Position numbers and translations under genes: made by a program
The notes under the pieces: model-generated
The model's input: the letters and a program-made list of their open reading frames with translations, nothing else
Databases searched by the model: none
Told to the model about the DNA's origin: nothing
DNA from: Sedimentisphaerales bacterium
Lineage (GTDB): Bacteria; Planctomycetota; Phycisphaerae; Sedimentisphaerales; Anaerobacaceae
DNA length: 64,000 nt
Assembly (NCBI GenBank): GCA_040772485.1
Contig: JAXGYC010000008.1
Location: 96,001 to 160,000, forward strand
Direction: 5' to 3'
In this document: one piece after another, positions 28,359-35,427 of the stretch
Position numbering within the stretch: position 1 is the stretch's first letter
Layout: the number at the start of each line of letters is the position of its first letter

Positions 28359-29345
28359 TCACTCTTCGACGCGAATGTTGTGTCGTCCCAGTCGGGCCAA
28401 CACCGTGTTGCGAACACTGTCGAGCAGCACGGCCAGAAAGATGATTGCCGCCGCGATCAACGGCTGCAGGTACAAATCCGTCCGTGTCGCCACGAGGCCC
28501 GCCCAGACCATCTGGATCAACAGCGCCCCCAGCACGGTGCCCGGAAAGACATTGCCGATTCCGCCGAACAGGCTCGCGCCGCCCAGCACCGCGGCCGCGA
28601 TCGCCTGGAATTCCACCATCTGACCGAACCCCGAGTTGACGTTGCCCAGTTGCGCCACAGAGACGAAGCCGCCGAGCGAAGCGAGAACGCCGCAGATGAC
28701 ATACGCCGTCGCCTGCACGCGCCGCGTGTCGACGCCGGCCTTGCGTGCGGCCTCCAGTCCATGCCCCACGGCGTAAATCTGCCGGCCCAGTGTCGTGCGG
28801 GTCAGCACAAGCCACGCCGTCAGCACCACCACCGCGAAGATCACAACGGGTACCGGAATCCCCAGCAGCTCGGCCGCGCCCAGCCCGGTGACACTCTGGG
28901 GAAACGTCACCGCCCGGCTCTTGCTCAACATCCATCCCAAGCCGCGCCCCGCGAACTGCGTCGCCAGCGTCACCACGAATGGAATGATGTGCAGCCGGGT
29001 GACCGCAAAGGCATTGAACAGCCCGAACAGGAGCCCCACGGTCAGACAGACCAGCAGCGCCGGCAGCGGCGAGATCGCAAACCGCTCCATCAGCAGGCCG
29101 GCCGCCACCGCCGAGACATACATGTTCGATCCGACCGACAGATCGATCCCCGCCGTCAACAAAACGACCGTCTCGCCGACCGCGATGATCCCGATGTAAG
29201 ACGCCTGCTTGGCGATATTCTCCAGGCTCTGGTATTCCAGGAAACGCGGCGCCAGCAGCCCAAAGACCACGAACGTCCCTGCGAACATCAGAATCGGAAC
29301 GTTCCGCAGCACCGCCGTCAATGTCCCCTGCTTCAGCGAGCCCAT
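28359..29345 (-). CDS. Sugar ABC transporter permease (RbsC-like)
   Basis: AGIDLSVGS, IIPFVVTL, TTLGRQIYAVG, AIAAAVLGGASLFGG. Confidence 0.95.
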   Translation of the reverse strand: MGSLKQGTLTAVLRNVPILMFAGTFVVFGLLAPRFLEYQSLENIAKQASYIGIIAVGETVVLLTAGIDLSVGSNMYVSAVAAGLLMERFAISPLPALLVCLTVGLLFGLFNAFAVTRLHIIPFVVTLATQFAGRGLGWMLSKSRAVTFPQSVTGLGAAELLGIPVPVVIFAVVVLTAWLVLTRTTLGRQIYAVGHGLEAARKAGVDTRRVQATAYVICGVLASLGGFVSVAQLGNVNSGFGQMVEFQAIAAAVLGGASLFGGIGNVFPGTVLGALLIQMVWAGLVATRTDLYLQPLIAAAIIFLAVLLDSVRNTVLARLGRHNIRVEE

Positions 29346-30892
29346 CAGTTCGATGCTCCCGACGAACCACGCGGCCTGCGCTCGAGGTGCCCTTCGAACG
29401 CCGCCGCAAGAATCCGCTCTTTGTCAAACTCGTCCCGCCGGAACCGGCCGCAGATCCGTCCCTTGCTCATCACGAGCAGCGAATCGCAGATCCCCATCAG
29501 TTCCTCCAGTTCCGACGAGATGCACAACAGCCCGTTGCCCCGGTCCGCCAGATCGTTGATGATCGAATAGACCTCGTACCTGGCCCCCACGTCGATCCCG
29601 CGCGTGGGCTCGTCGAGAATACAGATGCTCGGCCGCCCGAGCAGCCATTTGCCGATCACGGTTTTCTGCTGGTTGCCGCCGGAGAGACTCTTGACCGCAG
29701 CCGTTCTCGGATTGACGCACTTGATCTTCAGCGACGCGATCATCTCGTCGACCGACCGCCGCAACGCGAGCCGATCCAACGTGCCCGGAACCCGATTGCG
29801 CCGGTAGTTCGGCAGAGCCACCAGCGCCATGTTCTCGGTTACCGGCGCCTCCATCAGCAGTCCCTCCTCCCGCCGATCCTCCGTGACAAAGGCCATCCCG
29901 GCGGCGATGCTCCTGCGCGCTGTCCGCCTGCGCCGGGGTTGTCCACACATGTCGATCGTGCCCGATCGAAACGGGTCCAGCCCGAACAGGATGCGCCCCA
30001 GCTCCGTCCGACCCGATCCCATCAACCCGAACAACCCGAGAATCTCGCCTTCATGCAGATCGAACGAGATGTCCTTCACGATGCCGGGTTCCGTCACGCC
30101 TGCGACCGACATGAGAACCTTGTCTTCCGGCTTGCCCCTGCGCATCGGATGAAGCTGGTCGATCTGCCGGCCCACCATCGCCGCAATCATCGCATCGATG
30201 TCGAATTCGGCCCTGGGGCCGGTGTGTACGACTTTGCCGTCGCGCAATACCGCAATCTCATCGGCCAGCTTGAGCACGTCGGCCAGCACATGACTGATAT
30301 AGAGAATCGTGCGTCCCTCACGGCGCAGCCGCTCGATCAGCGCAAAAAGCCGCTCGGTCTCACGGGAGGTCAGCGACGTGGTTGGCTCATCGAAGATGAT
30401 GATCTGCGCCCCGCCGTGCAGGGCCTTGGCGATCTCGACCAATTGTTTCTGCCCCGGCGTGAGCCGATCGACCCGTGTCCGAGGGGAGATGCTGAGATTG
30501 ACAGCGGCCAGCGCCTCTTTGGCCCGCCGCACAGCTTCGCGGCGATGAATCAGCGGCGTCCGCCCGATCCGGGGAAACCCGTCGATGAACAGGTTGTCGA
30601 GGATGCTCAGATGGGAAAAGAGGTTCAATTCCTGGTGGATAAACGCGATGCCGGCGCGCGTGGCTTCAGCCGGACTGCCGGCAGAATAGGGCCTCCCCTC
30701 CAAACGAATCTGCCCCTCGTCGGACGCGATCACCCCTCCGAGAATATTCATCAGCGTGCTCTTGCCCGCGCCGTTTTCGCCCACCAGCCCCAGCACCGTA
30801 CCGGGCCGCACCGCCAGAGTGATATCAGTCAGCGCCACAGCGCCGAAGAAGCTCTTGCTGACATGCTCGAATTGCAGAATCGGCTCGCTCAT
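29345..30892 (-). CDS. Sugar ABC transporter ATP-binding protein (RbsA-like)
   Basis: GENGAGKST, DEPTTSL, LSGGNQQK, DEPTRGIDVGA. Confidence 0.96.
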   Translation of the reverse strand: MSEPILQFEHVSKSFFGAVALTDITLAVRPGTVLGLVGENGAGKSTLMNILGGVIASDEGQIRLEGRPYSAGSPAEATRAGIAFIHQELNLFSHLSILDNLFIDGFPRIGRTPLIHRREAVRRAKEALAAVNLSISPRTRVDRLTPGQKQLVEIAKALHGGAQIIIFDEPTTSLTSRETERLFALIERLRREGRTILYISHVLADVLKLADEIAVLRDGKVVHTGPRAEFDIDAMIAAMVGRQIDQLHPMRRGKPEDKVLMSVAGVTEPGIVKDISFDLHEGEILGLFGLMGSGRTELGRILFGLDPFRSGTIDMCGQPRRRRTARRSIAAGMAFVTEDRREEGLLMEAPVTENMALVALPNYRRNRVPGTLDRLALRRSVDEMIASLKIKCVNPRTAAVKSLSGGNQQKTVIGKWLLGRPSICILDEPTRGIDVGARYEVYSIINDLADRGNGLLCISSELEELMGICDSLLVMSKGRICGRFRRDEFDKERILAAAFEGHLERRPRGSSGASN

Positions 30893-32061
30893 GCCGTCGC
30901 CGTCCTCCCCATCGGGACCCGGCCCAGGCGAATGCGATTGCGAAGCACATCCAGCAGGGCCGCCACCAGGATCACGACGCCTTTGACGATATTGACGGTA
31001 TAGAACTTGAGGTTCAGCATATAGAGCGAGCTGTCCAGCAGGACGAAGAAGAGCACGCCGTAGAACGCCCAGCGCACTTTTCCCTTGCCGCCGAACAGGC
31101 TGATGCCGCCGATGACTGCCGCTCCGATGATGTCCAGCAGAACATTCTCACCCAGCGTGGGCCGGCCCGCGCCAAGACGGGACGAATACAGCACCGAGCC
31201 CAGCGCTGCACAGAACCCGCTGACCGCATAGGCCCAAACGATCACCCGGTCCGTGGGAACGCCTGACACGGTCGCCGCCCGGCGGTTCATCCCGACCGCG
31301 TACAGCCAGCGGCCCAGGATCGTCCGCGCCAGCACAAACCAGGCGGCCACCGCCAGCGCCAGGGCCGCAAAGAACGAATACGGCACCAGGCCCACCGAAC
31401 CCCGAGCGGTCGGCACGCGACCGAGATAGTTCTGTCCGATCGCCAGGAACGCCTCGGGAAGATTTCGCACGTTCTCACTGCGCGTGATGAAGATGGCCAG
31501 CCCGCTGAAGAAGAACATCGAGACCAGCGTCACCATGAACGGCGGCATCTTCAGCCTCGCCACCGCCAGGCCGTTGCCCGAGCCAATCAGCGTCCCGATC
31601 GCCAGCATGAAGGCAATCCCGACGGGCGCCGCCGCCACACTGCCGCCCGCCGGCCCGCCCTGCTCGCCGATGAACACACCCCACAATGGGTTCCGCGCGA
31701 ACAGCTCCGGGTCCAGCCCCGACGTCATCATCAGGGCCCCGCACACGCTGGTGATGGCCATGATGGAGGTCTGCGACAGATCGATCCCGCCGACGATCAG
31801 CACGAACATCTGCCCGATCACCAGCACCAGCAGAGGCCAGATGTTCGAGGACAGATTGCTCAGGTTCCGCGCGCTGCCCAGTCGCGGCAGGAAAATCCAG
31901 AGCACCAGGAAGTACGCCACCGACAGATACAGAACGAAGCTGTCCGACAGGAGCACCCGACCGATGACCACCTCTTTCAGACGGGCGATCCGTGTCTGTG
32001 ATGTCACGTTGCCGCTGCTCTGCACGGGTCTGTCCCCAGACGGTCGATCCATACGCCGCAC
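30889..32061 (-). CDS. Sugar ABC transporter permease
   Basis: GGIDLS, MPPFMVTL, TILGRWLYAVG, IGAAVIGGISLFGGKG. Confidence 0.95.
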   Translation of the reverse strand: MRRMDRPSGDRPVQSSGNVTSQTRIARLKEVVIGRVLLSDSFVLYLSVAYFLVLWIFLPRLGSARNLSNLSSNIWPLLVLVIGQMFVLIVGGIDLSQTSIMAITSVCGALMMTSGLDPELFARNPLWGVFIGEQGGPAGGSVAAAPVGIAFMLAIGTLIGSGNGLAVARLKMPPFMVTLVSMFFFSGLAIFITRSENVRNLPEAFLAIGQNYLGRVPTARGSVGLVPYSFFAALALAVAAWFVLARTILGRWLYAVGMNRRAATVSGVPTDRVIVWAYAVSGFCAALGSVLYSSRLGAGRPTLGENVLLDIIGAAVIGGISLFGGKGKVRWAFYGVLFFVLLDSSLYMLNLKFYTVNIVKGVVILVAALLDVLRNRIRLGRVPMGRTATA

Positions 32062-33081
32062 CTATTCGTCGTGCAGCACCCGGTAGCCCCACATCTCATC
32101 CGCACGCTCGGCCATGTTCTCCTGGGTCAGCGCGAAGCCCGGGTCCTCCATCCATTTCTCCGGCGTCTTCTGCCCCGCCTCAATGGCCGTCAGCAACGCC
32201 TCCATGATGGTGTTCGCCTCGAAGAAAAGATCCTGCACTCCCGTGGCGTCCACGTATCCTTCTTCCATCAGCCTGTAGGCCGTGCTGTCGCCGTCGAGCC
32301 CTCCGAGGATGACGTGGCCCGGCTCGTCGATCTTCTTCCACTTGCCCAGCGGTTCGAGCACCGCCTTGATCTGCGGATACAGGAAGTCCGAACTGGTGAA
32401 GAGGAAATCCACATCCGGATTGGCCTGCAACGCCGCTTCCAGGTTCGCCAGCGTGGTGGCCGGGTCCCATTTCGAGGGCACCTCGATCGGTGTTTCAAAC
32501 AGGTCGGGATTCCTCTCCATCACGTTGAAGAAGCCTTTCCGCCGTGCCACGGCGTTGCGGTCGCCCAAGTCGCCGACCACGATCAGAGGCTTCCACTTGC
32601 GTCCCTTGCCCTTCTCGCGGGCCACCTTGGCCATATACGCAACCGCCTCGTCGGCGATCTTCTCGTTGTCGGCCACGATCACCAGCGCCGGATTGCTGCG
32701 GTCACTCGGTGGACGGTTGAACACCGCGATCGGAATCCCCGCCCGGTTCGCCTCGCCCACGATCGTCACCGCGCTTTCCCCATCCTGCGGAATGATAATG
32801 ATCCCGTCCACCTCCTGGGCGATGGCGTCGCGAATCTGCTCGAGCTGGCGGTTGGCGTCCTGGTTGGCGTTGCGTTCAAGAACGCGAATGCCCTTGGCCC
32901 GCAGCGTCTCGGTGATAGCCTTGTGCCCGGCGACCCAGAACTCGGTCTCCAAATCCTGGAAGCCGAAGCAGATCGTCAACTGGTCTTCGCTTGGGCTTCG
33001 CCGCGAGCAGGACAACCCCCCAACAACCACACTGAAAGCCCCCAACAATGCCACGATGAGAAGCAGCTTACTCATGTTCAT
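32062..33081 (-). CDS. Sugar ABC transporter substrate-binding protein (RbsB-like), probable lipoprotein
   Basis: ANQDANRQ...DGIIIIPQD...AGIPIAVFNR, ADN, RRKGF, GLDG; leader ending GLS-C. Confidence 0.92.
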   Translation of the reverse strand: MNMSKLLLIVALLGAFSVVVGGLSCSRRSPSEDQLTICFGFQDLETEFWVAGHKAITETLRAKGIRVLERNANQDANRQLEQIRDAIAQEVDGIIIIPQDGESAVTIVGEANRAGIPIAVFNRPPSDRSNPALVIVADNEKIADEAVAYMAKVAREKGKGRKWKPLIVVGDLGDRNAVARRKGFFNVMERNPDLFETPIEVPSKWDPATTLANLEAALQANPDVDFLFTSSDFLYPQIKAVLEPLGKWKKIDEPGHVILGGLDGDSTAYRLMEEGYVDATGVQDLFFEANTIMEALLTAIEAGQKTPEKWMEDPGFALTQENMAERADEMWGYRVLHDE

Positions 33082-33112
33082 GGCCGCCCTTTCACAACCG
33101 GCAGGCAGACGT

Positions 33113-33144
33113 CTAACATATGTTCATGCATGAACGAATGAACA
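33113..33144. promoter_or_regulatory. Candidate SorC-family operator cluster upstream of the ABC operon
   Basis: CTAACATATGTTCA (33113-33126) overlaps the perfect palindrome GTTCATGCATGAAC (33122-33135), followed by TGAACA. Confidence 0.6.
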
Positions 33145-33393
33145 CTTTCTACCGTCCGACCATCTCAATGTCAACCGCGATCTGGTCAGAAGCCTCGTCG
33201 AGCCTCCGTCCTGATAGCTGTCGTTCAGACGATCCACGACGGACTTGCCGACATCGCAGACGCGGCTCCACTTCGATAAACGCATGCCGGAACACAACTT
33301 ATTGCATGTCTTCAGCCTCAGACCCGGACTCTCCCGGCTTTGCCTCTTGACAGTCCGGGCAAGAGGGTAGAAACTTGATATTTTGACCATTAC

Positions 33394-33407
33394 CGAGCAT
33401 ATGTTCA
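33394..33407. promoter_or_regulatory. Second candidate operator (autoregulatory) upstream of the regulator
   Basis: CGAGCATATGTTCA shares CATATGTTCA with the first site; lies downstream of TTGACA (33347-33352) and just before the regulator RBS. Confidence 0.6.
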
Positions 33408-33416
33408 AAGGAGAAC

Positions 33417-34376
33417 ATGACCACGGATACTGATTTCAGAAGACTCCTGTACAGGGTCGCGAAAGCATATCATGACGACGGCCTGACGCAGCAGCAGATT
33501 GCGGCTAAGCTGGGCCTGTCTCGGATCAAGGTGTCGCGACTGCTTCGCACCGCTCGCGATGAACGAATTGTGCAGATTTCCATTGTTTCCCCGCAGGAAT
33601 CGAACGCCGACGTCGAGCGTCAGCTCGAGCGACAATACGGCCTGAAAGAGGCCCTGGTCGTAACCTGCACGGCGAACGATCCGGCTACGATCGTCCACGA
33701 ACTGGGCGTCGTCGCAGCAGGCTGTCTGACTCGCGGCCTTCAAGGCGACGAGGTGATCGCCCTGAGCTGGGGGACGTCCGTCCTTTCCGTGGTCAACGCG
33801 CTGGCCCCCATGGATCTGCCCGACGTTCGCGTGGTTCAGCTACTGGGCGGCTTGGGCGAGCTGGAGGCCCAAACGCATGGAGCGGACCTGGCGCGCCGGA
33901 TGGCACAGGCCCTGGGGGCCAGGCCCCGCCTGATCCACGCCCCGGGCCTGGTCAAAGACGAGATTGTCTGCGCAGCCCTTGTCAAAGACCCCCAGGTGTC
34001 CGACACGCTCGAGCTGGCCGGACAAGCGGACATCGCCCTGGTCGGTATCGGCGTCCTCGAACCGGATGCAACGCTGCTGTCCAGCAGCAATACACTGACC
34101 GCCGAAGAGGTGACCGACCTGAAACGGCTCGGCGCGGTGGGCGACATCGCACTGCAATTCTTCGACGAACGAGGCGCCAAAGTCGAGCACCCGATCAATC
34201 GCCGGATTGTGGGAGCTGACATCGAAAAGATCAAGGCAATTGGACGCGTCATTGCGGTGGCCGGTGGGGCGAAGAAGGTCCGAGTGATCCGGGCGGCGCT
34301 TCTCGGCGGACTGGTTGACGTGCTGGTAACCGACTGCTGGTCAGCCGAGGCGCTTCTGGCGGTGTCAGGATCGTGA
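33417..34376 (+). CDS. SorC/DeoR/LsrR-family sugar-binding transcriptional regulator
   Basis: VAKAYHDDGLTQQQIAAKLGLSRIKVSRLL HTH, LSWGTS, ALVGIG, GAVGDI, AGGAKK, LVTD. Confidence 0.93.
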   Translation: MTTDTDFRRLLYRVAKAYHDDGLTQQQIAAKLGLSRIKVSRLLRTARDERIVQISIVSPQESNADVERQLERQYGLKEALVVTCTANDPATIVHELGVVAAGCLTRGLQGDEVIALSWGTSVLSVVNALAPMDLPDVRVVQLLGGLGELEAQTHGADLARRMAQALGARPRLIHAPGLVKDEIVCAALVKDPQVSDTLELAGQADIALVGIGVLEPDATLLSSSNTLTAEEVTDLKRLGAVGDIALQFFDERGAKVEHPINRRIVGADIEKIKAIGRVIAVAGGAKKVRVIRAALLGGLVDVLVTDCWSAEALLAVSGS

Positions 34377-34533
34377 ATCAACACACGGGTCTTCCGTCCG
34401 AACGGAATGTTCTATGACTTCCTGTGACAGACAGCCTGTGGACTGAAGCCGGAATCCCCCATCCAGCGTCTCTCTCGTGCCCCGCCGAAAAACCGGCAGC
34501 CGCAAGTGATGGCCGGCAAGAAACCTACAGCAA

Positions 34534-34606
<73 letters not shown>

Positions 34607-34753
34607 GAGGGCGATACCCTAAGCCTTCAGTGTATCACATCCATTGGCCCATGCAAGGTTTTTTGTGGCCCCTCTACCACTTTCCTGCGAAACAAGGTCT
34701 CGCGGCTCGGGTTCTGCGGTCTGCGACCCACCCCGGAATCAGGGCAGAACCCG

Positions 34754-35233
34754 TCAATCCGCGGCGTCGGCCTTGGGCGTGAAGAAGACCAGCGAGACCA
34801 GCACCAGTCCGGCTCCGGCCAGGAACAGGGCAATCCGATGCCTCGGCTCGCTACACCGCTGGAGCCACTTTGGAATGGTGGCGTCGCTCGGCCCCTGTCC
34901 GGTCTCGTCCATCAGCGCCCGGCGCGCCACGGCCAGTTCCTGCGCCCTCGCTTTTGGATAGACGGCGTTGGGATCCTCCGGCGGCGTGCCCAAGGTGGCC
35001 GGAGCGATCCGCTTCAGCAGGCTCGGATCGTCCTGAAGCTCCTTGAGCAGTGCATCGTACTCGTCGTTGAGCGATCGGAGGCGATCCAGCGAGAGGTGAG
35101 CATCCCTGACAAGCTGTTCGTTTCGCCAGTAGAGAATCAGGTCGTCGCACAGGGCCGCTCCTCCAAGTGCACCAGCACCGACGCTGAAGAAGGCCACAAA
35201 GAGCAGGAAGTGGACGATCTTTTGACTCTGCAT
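34754..35233 (-). CDS. FtsB/DivIC-like membrane protein with an extra C-terminal TM helix
   Basis: N-terminal TM, coiled coil (LDRLRSLNDEYDALLKELQ), DDPSLLKRIA...LG motif, second TM RIALFLAGAGLVLVSLVFF; lies downstream of enolase. Confidence 0.55.
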   Translation of the reverse strand: MQSQKIVHFLLFVAFFSVGAGALGGAALCDDLILYWRNEQLVRDAHLSLDRLRSLNDEYDALLKELQDDPSLLKRIAPATLGTPPEDPNAVYPKARAQELAVARRALMDETGQGPSDATIPKWLQRCSEPRHRIALFLAGAGLVLVSLVFFTPKADAAD

Positions 35234-35371
35234 AGGCCGCAGTCAAAGTTACGGCAGGCGTGGTCCGTCTCCATGTCGCGGAGAGACCCACACCTGCCGA
35301 TCTTGTCTCTGAATCCACCGTTCAGCCGGACCTTCACGTTGAGGTGCCCGGTCTTACTGGGTTTATCGGCT

Positions 35372-35414
35372 ACGCGTCCGGCCCCGCTGAAATCTTTCGT
35401 CGGGCCGGACGCGT
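35372..35414. terminator. 13-bp hairpin downstream of the enolase gene
   Basis: ACGCGTCCGGCCC-N17-GGGCCGGACGCGT, just past the stop at 35428. Confidence 0.55.
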
Positions 35415-35427
35415 CGCCGTTCTGCGT

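Noticed and set aside
28336..29427. N-terminal ~360 aa of the 907-aa ORF 26704..29427
   Set aside because: It overlaps the ABC permease in another frame and is Arg/Gly-rich noise. An RBS and signal peptide support a start at 28335.
8996..34533. Genomic island integrated at the tRNA-Phe 3' end
   Set aside because: No integrase, no duplicated tRNA end and no obvious compositional shift were seen in the window. Position alone is insufficient.
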